From the NCBI GenBank assembly GCA_964508365.1, contig CAZDTP010000040.1:1-37768 (forward strand): 37,768 nt of DNA, in the 5' to 3' direction. The first letter of the stretch is position 1; the number at the start of each line of letters is the position of its first letter. The translations under genes were made by a program, and so were the position numbers. This DNA comes from an uncultured archaeon. GTDB lineage: Archaea; Asgardarchaeota; Lokiarchaeia; Sigyniarchaeales; SOKP01. Below are positions 1 through 9,299 of this stretch, piece after piece. The notes under the pieces were generated by a model. That model searched no databases, was not told where the DNA came from, and worked only from the letters and a program-made list of their open reading frames with translations.

Positions 1-2
1 TT

Positions 3-281
3 GGTGTTTCAGCATCCGAATTAATCGCAGAAATCGCTCTGGCAATGAAGAACGGGCTAAGTATCCATGATATAACTAACACTGTTCATAGTCATCCTAC
101 CTTGTCTGAAATGGTTTTAGAGGCTGCAGAAGATGTCTATGGGCTTTCAATTCATAGAGTAAGAAGGAGAGTTAAGCAAAAAATTGATCTTAAAGAGGAT
201 ATGATTCGACAATTTGCCTCTAGCGAAAATCTGAAAAAATATGGGCTTATTTCATTAGAACCACTGCTAACTACTGGATGA
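3..281 (+). CDS. lpdA: Dihydrolipoamide dehydrogenase (E3), C-terminal fragment; 5' end lies outside the window
   Basis: The frame is open from base 3: GVSASELIAEIALAMKNGLSIHDITNTVHSHPTLSEMVLEAAED, containing the H-P-T-x-x-E active-site motif of the dimerisation domain. The ORF-track ATG at 45 is internal. Confidence 0.9.
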   Translation, partial: GVSASELIAEIALAMKNGLSIHDITNTVHSHPTLSEMVLEAAEDVYGLSIHRVRRRVKQKIDLKEDMIRQFASSENLKKYGLISLEPLLTTG

Positions 282-395
282 ATTTTAAATAATGAATTTT
301 TTTTATTTTTAGTAAGAAATATCTTATATCTTTGCAATTAGAGATAAAAAGATAATCTTAAAAAAAATCTAACTTTTTTCTAAACATCATAATAA

Positions 396-488
396 TTTGG
401 TTGTTTTCTCATAGAAGTTAAGACATTTTCTGATCTAATAAAAGAGGTTCATAATAAGGGTATTTGCCAATTGTGTGGGGGCAATTAA
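396..488 (+). pseudogene. Probable remnant of the N-terminus of an F420 hydrogenase/dehydrogenase beta-subunit-like (FrhB-like) Fe-S protein
   Basis: Reads (FGCFL)IEVKTFSDLIKEVHNKGICQLCGGN*. It resembles the KTFxDLIxEVxxxGxCxxCGGCxxxC start of FrhB-like proteins but stops before the third Cys and has no start codon. Confidence 0.45.
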
Positions 489-809
489 GTGTTCAAAATT
501 AGACTCATATCATATAGAAAAAATGAAAACCCTAATTACTAAATATTCTAATAAAAAACTTGAACGATTTAATGATTTTACCCGTCAGGAATTATAATTT
601 CCTGATATTATTAAATCTTCCGTATTCTAATATCTTTAATTTTCTAGATACACATCAGGATTATTATTTCAGGAAATGTGGGCTTTCATTCAGTGGCAAT
701 CTCTTTCCTATTTTCTTTCAATCATTCCAAAAACTCTTGAATTTCTTAAAGAATACTCGAAAGTATAAAAAAAATATAAAAGAAAAAGGTATTTTTAATT
801 TATATTAAT

Positions 810-1514
810 CTATGGAGATTTTTTATAATTAATATAAATAAGCAAAAGGAAAACAGCAGCAGGCGGAAGAAATATTAATGTGAAAATTCCGGCTTCATGT
901 AAACGATAGTATAGTTCTATCATGAGGATGCCAATGTTTATTATAAAAGCTCCTGTTAAAGCTGTGATATAACTAGGTTGTTTTAAGATTTTCCATGTGG
1001 TAAAAACATAAAGTAATAATCCACCCGCAATCAAAATGTATGCCCATATTGGAACATTCGCTTCTTGAAAAAAATTGGGAACTCTAAAAGCAGCTTCAAC
1101 TATTAAAAAGAAAAAAGAACCCGTTATTAGCATCAACGATATGTTATACGCATTTTGATTAGGTAGAATTTCCTTGCTATAGTAATAGGCTATAAGTAGT
1201 AAAACAGAAAAAGTAATAGTAGGAAAAATTACAAATTCACTTATCCAATACAAATCTAAAATAATTGCAAAATATGCTATTATAAAAATTTCACCAATTA
1301 GTATTACAACTATTCCTATTACTTCCAAACGAAAGCCTTCTATAAGAAATAATCCTGTTAAATAAATACTGAGTCCCGTTACCACTATATAAATACCATA
1401 TATCCAAACATTTTCTACTGTTAAAGGGATAACTACAATTATATTTATTAAAACGGCTATAAGTACTACGATAGTGGCGATTCCTGAAATGATTAATACT
1501 TTTTTTTTATCCAT
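810..1514 (-). CDS. Hypothetical polytopic membrane protein (~7-8 TM)
   Basis: 234-aa ORF of alternating hydrophobic stretches; no family motif recognised. Confidence 0.75.
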   Translation of the reverse strand: MDKKKVLIISGIATIVVLIAVLINIIVVIPLTVENVWIYGIYIVVTGLSIYLTGLFLIEGFRLEVIGIVVILIGEIFIIAYFAIILDLYWISEFVIFPTITFSVLLLIAYYYSKEILPNQNAYNISLMLITGSFFFLIVEAAFRVPNFFQEANVPIWAYILIAGGLLLYVFTTWKILKQPSYITALTGAFIINIGILMIELYYRLHEAGIFTLIFLPPAAVFLLLIYINYKKSP

Positions 1515-1675
1515 TATATTTCACGCTCTAAGGTTAATAAAGTTAAATATTATTATATCTTTAAAAATGTAAAATGTTTTTTAAAATTACTTGTTAAATT
1601 CAGACTTTTTCTAATAAAGTAAAGATTAAAGCTTAATTTTTATCTTTTAGCAAAAAATAGAGAAAAAAAAAATAA

Positions 1676-2245
1676 TTATTCCTTTTTGCTAAACTTTTCT
1701 GTTCCTGTCAAACCATAAAGAAATCGTGTAAAGCCGTTAATAAAAAGAGAGGTTGCTATAAGGTAAATTGCAATAATAGTTTCCAAATCTGCTGCGATTA
1801 CGATAATTAAATTTAGGACAATTGTAATACACCCCACAATTACAAGAAGAATTCTGAACCATTTAATAAATTTCTCGTTTACCACTCCTGTTCCTACTCT
1901 AGCTATTCCTATAATAAGTAAACCTAATGTAAGAAAGAAAATTAATAGTTCTGTTGAAAAGGTCGGATCTCCTAAGGTTGTAATAAACACTACAAATGAA
2001 ATTAATATTATAATAAACCCTGAAACAAATTTTGTGGCTTTTCCTATATTACTTAGGTCCTCATCATTTATTGAAATGTAAACCCGTGAGATACCAGATA
2101 TTAGTAGGATGATTGTGAATACGTAGATTAAAAATATCAGAGCTGCACTAGTGTAGAAAAATACTATTGCTGAAAGTATCATGATAATTACTCCGTTCAG
2201 AATATTTGAAGAAATAATCTCTTTTTTTGTGGATTTTTCACTCAT
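1676..2245 (-). CDS. HdeD/DUF308-like membrane protein
   Basis: Two internal repeats of three short TM segments with GixxI and 'LLISGISR'/'LIIGIAR'/'FINGFTR' patterns; GTGA upstream of the ATG. Confidence 0.7.
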   Translation of the reverse strand: MSEKSTKKEIISSNILNGVIIMILSAIVFFYTSAALIFLIYVFTIILLISGISRVYISINDEDLSNIGKATKFVSGFIIILISFVVFITTLGDPTFSTELLIFFLTLGLLIIGIARVGTGVVNEKFIKWFRILLVIVGCITIVLNLIIVIAADLETIIAIYLIATSLFINGFTRFLYGLTGTEKFSKKE

Positions 2246-2409
2246 ATAATATCACTTTTTTTGTTTAAAAGGCTGATAATAATTTTTTTTATTGCTCATA
2301 TGCTTATAAATCTTTAGCTTTCTTTTTAAAATAGCCTTATTCAATAAAGTATTTTAGCTTTCTTTTCTTTCATTGAAATTATTACTAATTCACAAAATAA
2401 TTAAAACTC

Positions 2410-3855
2410 TTGATAATCAGTGCAATTCTCATTTTAGGATGTTTTTTATTAGTTCTCATTTTTATTTTGACTAACAAATTAAATAGGGCAATTTCCTCAT
2501 TGCTAGGGGCAGTGATAACATACTTTGTGTTAATTTTCATTGAAGGTTATGATTTTTCTATAATTGTTGAGTTATTATTTGGTACTCCAAGCGAAGAATT
2601 TGTAAATCTACATTCTATAATATTGATTATTGGGATGATGATGATAGTTCAAATCGCTCACGAGGCAGGCACATTCCAATTTATAGCCGGAAAATTAATT
2701 AAATTGTCAGGAGGAAAGCCAGTACTTCTAATGGTTATTTTTTGTATAGTTACAGTTTTTATTTCAGCAATCTTAAATAATATTCTAACTGTTATTGTTA
2801 TGATTCCGCTTACAATTACAGTATCGCGGATATTGAATATAGATCCCTCACCCTACATATTAACCCAGGCAATTTTAGTCAATATTGGTGGTACTCTTTT
2901 TTCAATTTCCTCAATTCCTAATATTTTAATAGCCACTTATGCAAATATACAATTTTTTGAATTCTTTCTAAATATCGGTATTCTCTCTTTAATTGTGTTT
3001 CTATTTACATTATGTTTTTTCATTCTACTTTATAAAAGTGAATTAAAAGTTCCATCAGAGGGAGCAAAAGTATTAAACGAATTTAATATATGGAATGTAG
3101 TGCAGAATAAACGAATGTTATACCAATCTTTAATTTCTTTAGTAATTTTAATAGTCTTGTTTATTGTAATTCCTTCTTTCTTAATACCTCCTGATATAAT
3201 AGCATTAAGCATCGCATTAGTGTTAATTATAATAACAAGATTAGATCCTAAAGACATAATTTCAAAGATCGATTTTGAACTTATCTTTTACTTATTAGGG
3301 ATATTTATAATAGCTGGAGGTTTAGAAATTACAGGAGTAACTGATGCAATAGGTGCGGCATTATTGAACATAGGCGGAACAAATTTCTATGTGCAACTAT
3401 TAATTCTGTTATGGTTCTCTGCTTATTTAAGTAGTTGTATTGATAACATTCCAATAACAAAAGTTCTAATTCCTGTAGCAGATACGATGGCAGGAAGTGT
3501 TTCATTAATTAATAGGAATAAGTTTTTTTATAGTCTTGCTTTTGGAGCGAATTGGGGTGATAATTTGACACCATTAGGCGATAATATACTGGTTTTTAAT
3601 ATTGCTGAGCAAAACAAGCGCTCTATTAGTTTCAAATCTTTTTTTAAATTAGGTTTTGTCACAACTAACTACCAATTAATTTTGATTTCGCTTTATTACA
3701 CGTTAGTATTTAATACTCTACTTGGACTCATTATTATTGGTACAATTATTTTTATTATTGTTATTGTTATTATATTACGCAAATTTGGTCCCAATAAGGT
3801 TAAATCTCAAATAAATAAATTTACAACAAGAATCAGAAATATGATAGTAAGGTGA
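2410..3855 (+). CDS. SLC13/ArsB/NhaD (IT superfamily) permease, P-protein/citrate-transporter-like
   Basis: Motifs SAILNNILTV, NIGGTLFSISSIPNILIA, SSCIDNIP and GANWGDNLTPLG; ~12 TM; TTG start. Confidence 0.85.
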   Translation: MIISAILILGCFLLVLIFILTNKLNRAISSLLGAVITYFVLIFIEGYDFSIIVELLFGTPSEEFVNLHSIILIIGMMMIVQIAHEAGTFQFIAGKLIKLSGGKPVLLMVIFCIVTVFISAILNNILTVIVMIPLTITVSRILNIDPSPYILTQAILVNIGGTLFSISSIPNILIATYANIQFFEFFLNIGILSLIVFLFTLCFFILLYKSELKVPSEGAKVLNEFNIWNVVQNKRMLYQSLISLVILIVLFIVIPSFLIPPDIIALSIALVLIIITRLDPKDIISKIDFELIFYLLGIFIIAGGLEITGVTDAIGAALLNIGGTNFYVQLLILLWFSAYLSSCIDNIPITKVLIPVADTMAGSVSLINRNKFFYSLAFGANWGDNLTPLGDNILVFNIAEQNKRSISFKSFFKLGFVTTNYQLILISLYYTLVFNTLLGLIIIGTIIFIIVIVIILRKFGPNKVKSQINKFTTRIRNMIVR

Positions 3856-3922
3856 GGTAATTATAGTTTTTAAAAATCTAAATAGAATAAAGGCAGCCCT
3901 TCCAGAAGTAATTCATGTTGTA

Positions 3923-4486
3923 ATGTTTTATAATAATGGTACTATTTTTCAAACTACATTTGAACAAGATATAAATGTCCCAAAGTTAGGTGAAAATTTA
4001 GCAGAACTTTTAAATCGTGTTAGACGTGTTTATGAAATCAGCCAATTCAAAATGGATAATTATAAGAAAATCGTATTTGAAACTGATGATATTTCTGTTA
4101 TAATTCTAAAACTCGGGGAAGATAGTAATATTGCTTTATTCTTCAAGAAAGAAGAGGAAAAAGATTTAAAGCTAAGTTCAATAAAAAGATACATTACTAG
4201 AATAGAAGCATTAATCGATATGAATGAAGAAGAAATTATTCTCCAAGAAATATTAACGAAAGAAGAAGAATTAAAAAATGCACTAAATCTCCTCCAATTT
4301 AAGCGGGAGAATATTCAAACCTTGGATGAAAAATTGAAAAATTTAGATGGGATTGAATACCCGGAAGAATCAAAACAAATTGAAAAGGAATTATATTCCC
4401 TGAAGGCAGATTGTGCTAAATTAGAAAAAGAAACAAGTGATATTCAAGAGGAGATTTTATGTTTAAAGCAAATTATTGAGAAATGA
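3923..4486 (+). CDS. Roadblock/longin/profilin-like alpha-beta domain followed by a coiled coil; true start probably upstream (~3860-3863)
   Basis: N-terminal beta-beta-alpha-beta-beta-beta pattern (VMFYNNGTIF...KIVFETDDISVIILKLGEDSNIALFF), then an E/K/L-rich heptad region. The frame is open back to 3851. Confidence 0.6.
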   Translation: MFYNNGTIFQTTFEQDINVPKLGENLAELLNRVRRVYEISQFKMDNYKKIVFETDDISVIILKLGEDSNIALFFKKEEEKDLKLSSIKRYITRIEALIDMNEEEIILQEILTKEEELKNALNLLQFKRENIQTLDEKLKNLDGIEYPEESKQIEKELYSLKADCAKLEKETSDIQEEILCLKQIIEK

Positions 4487-4510
4487 ATCCCAATATTTTC
4501 CTTGATCTGT

Positions 4511-4531
4511 TTTAGCCACATTTAGCCACAT
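4511..4531. repeat. Perfect 10-bp tandem repeat TTTAGCCACA x2
   Basis: tttagccaca tttagccaca t, in the spacer between two convergent genes. Confidence 0.85.
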
Positions 4532-4592
4532 CTTAGAATAAAAAGTTGTAAAGATAAGTATGTTTTGAATACTATTAGTTTTTTACCTTATG

Positions 4593-5684
4593 TCATATCC
4601 ATCTTTTTCTTTTGAAGTAATACAGCATTAAAATGGCGATTATTACCATTATTAATATTAAGATTGGGTATCCGAAGGATTGGGAAAGTTCGGGCATATA
4701 TTTGAAGTTCATTCCATAAAATCCCGCTAAAAATGATAAAGGGATGAACGTTGTCGAAATTATAGTTAACACTTTCATAATATCATTCATCCTGTTGCTT
4801 ACACTAGATAAATACATATCTAACATTCCAAAAATTATATCACGGTAGTTTTCTATAAGATCCGAAATTCTAAAAATGTGGTCATAAATATCCCTTAAAT
4901 AGACCTGCAAGTCATCAGTGATTAATTTTGACTGCTCTCTTTGTAATTTATTTAATAACTCTCTCATCGGCCAAATAGATTTTCTTAAATCAATTGATGA
5001 TCTTTTTAAACGATAAATTTGTTGTAAGGTTTCTGGATTAGGATTTTTTATTAGATTATCTTCAATATCTTCTATATTTTCCCCCATTTTTTCTATTACA
5101 ATGAAATAATTATCAATTATCACATCTATTAATGCATATAAAAGATAATCAGCCTTCATTACTCGTACTTTTCCTTTAGGAACTTTTATTCTTTCATATA
5201 TCGGATTAAAAATTTCTGATTCTTGCTCTTGGAATGATATTACATAGTTATCCCCTAATATCAGGCTTATTTGTTCATGATCGAATTCATCTAGGTTCTG
5301 ATTCCAAAATATATTTCTAAGTACGATAAAGATATAATCACCATAATCTTCCATTTTTGGTCTTTGATTTGGACTTAGAATATCTTCTAACACGAGGGGA
5401 TGGAAATTAAATTGATTCCCTATCTGTTCAAATACATTAACTTCAGCCAAGCCAGAAATATCAATCCACTTAATAAAAGAATCTCTGGTTTTTCCAAGAT
5501 CAATCTGAAAATCTCTTATTTCCTCTATATTATAGGTATCTTCATTGAATTGTGTCATTTTTATTTTAGTCTTTTCTTTTGGTTTGTCTCCTATATATTT
5601 TAAAGTGCCTGGTGGAAGACCAACTTTTTCTTTTCTTTTTGTTGATGGTAATACTTTTTTAAACGGTTTTGTTATTCCTCTCAA
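4593..5684 (-). CDS. corA: Magnesium/cobalt transporter CorA
   Basis: N-terminal KVGLPPGTL, QRPKME, and the YGMNF signature (AGFYGMNFKYMPEL) between two C-terminal TM helices; TTG start. Confidence 0.95.
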   Translation of the reverse strand: MRGITKPFKKVLPSTKRKEKVGLPPGTLKYIGDKPKEKTKIKMTQFNEDTYNIEEIRDFQIDLGKTRDSFIKWIDISGLAEVNVFEQIGNQFNFHPLVLEDILSPNQRPKMEDYGDYIFIVLRNIFWNQNLDEFDHEQISLILGDNYVISFQEQESEIFNPIYERIKVPKGKVRVMKADYLLYALIDVIIDNYFIVIEKMGENIEDIEDNLIKNPNPETLQQIYRLKRSSIDLRKSIWPMRELLNKLQREQSKLITDDLQVYLRDIYDHIFRISDLIENYRDIIFGMLDMYLSSVSNRMNDIMKVLTIISTTFIPLSFLAGFYGMNFKYMPELSQSFGYPILILIMVIIAILMLYYFKRKRWI

Positions 5685-5893
5685 ATTTTATTACCTTACT
5701 TTCTGATTTAATACTAAGACAATTAATATTACCAATAAAGATTCCATTAATTTCTAATGTATCAAATAATTAAAATAATTATAATTAAAATTGTTATTAT
5801 CTTTAATTAAATTAAAAAGATAGAGAATGAGATATATATCACATTAAGTATGATTCTCAAATTAATAAAAAACTTAGAAGTAAATGTGTTCGT

Positions 5894-6805
5894 ATGAAAA
5901 GAATTTATAGAATTATAATATGGATTTCAATTATAGGAATTTTTTTGTTAGTTTATTATTATTTTGGTTTTGAGCTATTATTATTGAATATATTACTTTT
6001 AAATATGGTCGCTTATGTCTTAAGATCAATATTACTTGATGTATTTCAAACTTTGATTAAAAACTTATTAGTTCGATATATGTTAATGATAATTATAAAT
6101 ATTATATGGTTAATATTTCCATTTTGGTTGATTTTTATTATTTCACCGATTTATTTTGTAGCAATTATTTCTTTTCTGGTTGTAGCAATATCTTTAACTT
6201 TTCAAAATATAATTAATAATATTGCTTCAGGAGTAATGCTTTTATCATCAGAGGGTTTTGAGGCGGGTGATCTAGTTGAAACAAGTGGAACTGAAGGAAT
6301 TGTGAAAGAAATTACCTTAAACAACTTGAAACTAGTAGATTATGATGGATCTATCACCTATATTCCTAACAGAATTGCCTTTAATTCATCAGTAGTTCGT
6401 TATACTCATAAACCAATAAGAAAAGAAAAGAAAATAGAAATTTCTAATGTAGTAAAAAGTCTCGGAAAAATTATCACTGGTGAAAAAAAAGTAACTCGTT
6501 ACATTAAAGTAGTTGAACTTTTAGGGTCAACAGATCCAGAGCTACTTGAAGAATTATTAAAACCAATATTTGACAAGTATGAACCGATTTTTGGAGTAAG
6601 ACCATATTACTATGCAAATAATACAGTTAGTGCAATCGTAAATCGATTAGGTATTACCATTCACATTATTACAGAGGACCCCAAATTGATCCTAACATAT
6701 TTAAATCCCTTAATAAAAGAAATTCTATTTAAAATTTATGATAAAGAAATAAATTATGGATGGAAACCTAATGAAAAAAATGATCAAGAAATAGTATGGA
6801 GGTAA
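5894..6805 (+). CDS. mscS: Small-conductance mechanosensitive channel family protein (first of pair)
   Basis: TM helices followed by QNIINNIASGVMLL...FEAGDLVETSGTEGIVKEITL...DGSITYIPN, the MscS beta-domain. Confidence 0.85.
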   Translation: MKRIYRIIIWISIIGIFLLVYYYFGFELLLLNILLLNMVAYVLRSILLDVFQTLIKNLLVRYMLMIIINIIWLIFPFWLIFIISPIYFVAIISFLVVAISLTFQNIINNIASGVMLLSSEGFEAGDLVETSGTEGIVKEITLNNLKLVDYDGSITYIPNRIAFNSSVVRYTHKPIRKEKKIEISNVVKSLGKIITGEKKVTRYIKVVELLGSTDPELLEELLKPIFDKYEPIFGVRPYYYANNTVSAIVNRLGITIHIITEDPKLILTYLNPLIKEILFKIYDKEINYGWKPNEKNDQEIVWR

Positions 6806-6812
6806 CTTAAAA

Positions 6813-7739
6813 ATGCCGCCACTTTTTAACACTGATTTAGAAGCGTTAATATATCTTTTAGTTTTCGGGGTAGGCTTTTATCTTTTAAATAAGTTGTTTT
6901 CAATAACAATTGGCAAAAGTGAAAAAATACCTCTTAAGCAAAAAATTATTATTAATTTTTCTTTAAAAATTGCTGCAGTTCTTATAGTAGTATTTTTTGT
7001 TATTGAAGGATTTCCCCTCATTTCTCTAATTGACCCAACTTATACAGCCGTACTTACTGGAGCAATTAGTACCGCGATTGCATTCGCTTCTAGCGGTATT
7101 TTTTCAAATTTTTTTTCGGGAATTGTCATAATGTTAATAAGACCTTTTGAAGTTGACGATTTGGTCAAAATTGAAGGAGATAAAGGTATCATACGAGCAA
7201 TAAATCTAACAAAGGTGAAATTAGAAACATTTGATAATATAATAATTGAAAAATCAAATGGGCAAGTTCTTTCTTCAAAAATAGTAAATTATACAATCAA
7301 ACTTGGTAAAAAGAAGTCTTTTAAAGATTTTAAAAGTAAGATCTTTGCCCCTCAAGATATTGGTTTTAAAGGTATTTATGAAGATATTTCGAATTCTAAA
7401 AAAGAATTTGAAAATAATCTAAAAAAAGCATACGATTCCTTTTCGACTAAGAACTATCCAAAACTATATAATTTTACTTTTAGAATGGCTTTTCCCTACA
7501 AGGGATTTCGAGTTATTATCAATGAAGTAACAAAACTATGTGATTTATACAATCAGAAGAACTATTTTAGAATTAAACCCCAATTCGATATAATTGATTA
7601 TAATGTAAGTATAATAGTTAAATTTCGATTATTAACATTTAGTCCACAAAAAATATATGATTTTCAGCCTAAATTCGCTAAGGATGTTTATGATATAATT
7701 TATAAATATACAATTTTGCACAAAAGTGAAAATTTATAA
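6813..7739 (+). CDS. mscS: Small-conductance mechanosensitive channel family protein (second of pair)
   Basis: IFSNFFSGIVIMLIRPFEVDDLVKIEGDKGIIRAINLTKV; GGAGGT RBS 7 nt after the previous stop. Confidence 0.85.
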   Translation: MPPLFNTDLEALIYLLVFGVGFYLLNKLFSITIGKSEKIPLKQKIIINFSLKIAAVLIVVFFVIEGFPLISLIDPTYTAVLTGAISTAIAFASSGIFSNFFSGIVIMLIRPFEVDDLVKIEGDKGIIRAINLTKVKLETFDNIIIEKSNGQVLSSKIVNYTIKLGKKKSFKDFKSKIFAPQDIGFKGIYEDISNSKKEFENNLKKAYDSFSTKNYPKLYNFTFRMAFPYKGFRVIINEVTKLCDLYNQKNYFRIKPQFDIIDYNVSIIVKFRLLTFSPQKIYDFQPKFAKDVYDIIYKYTILHKSENL

Positions 7740-7840
7740 AATCAAAGTTAAATTTTTTAATTAATCTATCCTAGTTCGGCATAATTAACTGAATTAAAAT
7801 TTATCCAGGTATTATTTCTCGCTTATATTTTTATATTAAT

Positions 7841-8476
7841 CTATTTTCTTCGAATTTTACTCAGATATTTTTGTTTTTTTTGCTCCAATGGTTTCATATA
7901 ACCAAGTAATTCATCAAAAACTACATTTTGGTGCAATTGTGGGCGAAAAATAAACTTATAATATTTTTTTTTCCAATAGAAGCGCAGGCTATTGAGATAT
8001 ACTAGAATTTCTGAAATTTGTTGAGGATTTATTTCTGTATAGGAAGTTATTATATTTTGCTCGGTATTAGATTCAATATTCCTTTTTAAAAGACTACCTT
8101 CTGTTTTTAATAAATAAATTGTACCGTTCAAATAAGCGTTGTGATCCTCATTATAAGTCAATCCAAGATATCTCGCATATAACTTAAAATATTGAGTAAT
8201 TTTTGCACCTAGATAATTTTTTTGAATTACATCTCGATTTTTATTTTTTATTAATTTCTGTAATTCTTGGTCTTCCATCTGACTTTTGTTCTCCTGGAGA
8301 AATTCATAATATTTAACCTGTAAGGTGGTAAAGATTAACATCTCTACGTCCTGATAAAAATCTTGAACCTCAACTGCTAAAATCCTATCATCTTTAATGT
8401 GATCCCATATTATAATGAAGAGCACTGCAACTGAGACTGCTAAACTTAAATATATAAGTATATCCTGTGGATTCAT
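7841..8476 (-). CDS. Hypothetical protein with one N-terminal TM helix
   Basis: 211-aa ORF; hydrophobic residues 6-24, then soluble; no family recognised. Confidence 0.7.
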   Translation of the reverse strand: MNPQDILIYLSLAVSVAVLFIIIWDHIKDDRILAVEVQDFYQDVEMLIFTTLQVKYYEFLQENKSQMEDQELQKLIKNKNRDVIQKNYLGAKITQYFKLYARYLGLTYNEDHNAYLNGTIYLLKTEGSLLKRNIESNTEQNIITSYTEINPQQISEILVYLNSLRFYWKKKYYKFIFRPQLHQNVVFDELLGYMKPLEQKKQKYLSKIRRK

Positions 8477-8736
8477 AAGATTAAGATAACCTTTTCTATA
8501 TTTTTAATGGATTTGTAGTATAATTTAGTTAATTATAGATATTCATTGCTTTTAAATACATCATTCATATTTTTTTAGGGAAGGAAAGCGTCGTATTACA
8601 ATTATTAATAAGGATAGAACATGGATTCAAATTTTATATATAGGGTATTCTTTTTAAGTTGAGAAATTTAAAAATTTAATAAAATAACTTTTTTTTATTG
8701 TTGTATAAATTGGGAGTAGGCAAGTAGAGTAAAAGC

Positions 8737-9126
8737 ATGGTACGAGAGAATAATATATCTGTTTATCTCAATAATCGAGAAAAGCGTATCATCGAAAAAA
8801 ATGCTAAACTTCACGGGTATAGAGGAGTATCTACATTTTTACGGGATTGTGGATTAAATGTAGATATTTCAAATAAGGGCTTATTAGCCATTCTTTTAGT
8901 GTATCTCAAAACAAATTTAGAAAATTATTCTCCTGATAAATCTTTGAATTGGACCAGAACAAAAATCAAAGACGATATTAGAATTGGTGCTATGACTAAA
9001 TTTGCGGGAATGCCAAAAGACAAATACGAAGCAACATTAATTAAGCTTGAAGAAACAATTTCTCAAGCAACAGAATTAAAAAAAGAGTTGAGTGAGCTAT
9101 TAGTCAAGAGAGGAAAAATACAATAG
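8737..9126 (+). CDS. Ribbon-helix-helix (CopG/MobC-like) DNA-binding protein
   Basis: NISVYLNNREKRIIEKNAKLHGYRGVSTFLRDCGL fits the RHH strand-helix-turn-helix pattern; followed by a helical C-terminus. Confidence 0.55.
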   Translation: MVRENNISVYLNNREKRIIEKNAKLHGYRGVSTFLRDCGLNVDISNKGLLAILLVYLKTNLENYSPDKSLNWTRTKIKDDIRIGAMTKFAGMPKDKYEATLIKLEETISQATELKKELSELLVKRGKIQ

Positions 9127-9248
9127 ATTTTCATTGTAAACGATGTGGTTTGTGGTTTCCAGGAAAACCTAATAGATTAGGTTTATGTGATTTATGTAAA
9201 ATTACTAAAGAAAACGATAAAAAAATAAATTTGAATGAATGGATATAA
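9123..9248 (+). CDS. 41-aa CxxC-x13-CxxC zinc-finger microprotein (not in ORF track; ATA start inferred)
   Basis: (M)DFHCKRCGLWFPGKPNRLGLCDLCKITKENDKKINLNEWI*. The ATA overlaps the upstream TAG (ATAG), and GAGAGGA lies 8 nt upstream. Confidence 0.55.
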   Translation: MDFHCKRCGLWFPGKPNRLGLCDLCKITKENDKKINLNEWI

Positions 9249-9299
9249 ATATCTTAAATAAATTAATTATTAATAATAAAAAAAATATGAGGTTAAATT

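Noticed and set aside
152-337. 61-aa minus-strand ORF
   Set aside because: Antisense shadow of the lpdA 3' end.
600-770. Minus-strand protein-like text (EIQEFLE*LKENRKEIATE*KPTFPEII) hinting at TGA recoding
   Set aside because: It is also broken by TAG/TAA stops, and TGA is used as a normal stop in this window (281, 3855, 4486). At most a decayed fragment I cannot identify.
560-808. 82-aa plus-strand ORF from the ORF track
   Set aside because: TTG start without an RBS; F/N/K-biased composition typical of AT-rich non-coding DNA; no motif.
9076-9095. A AAA AAA slippery run that could fuse the RHH protein to the Zn finger by -1 frameshift
   Set aside because: The -1 frame hits TGA at 9093-9095 before reaching the Zn-finger codons.
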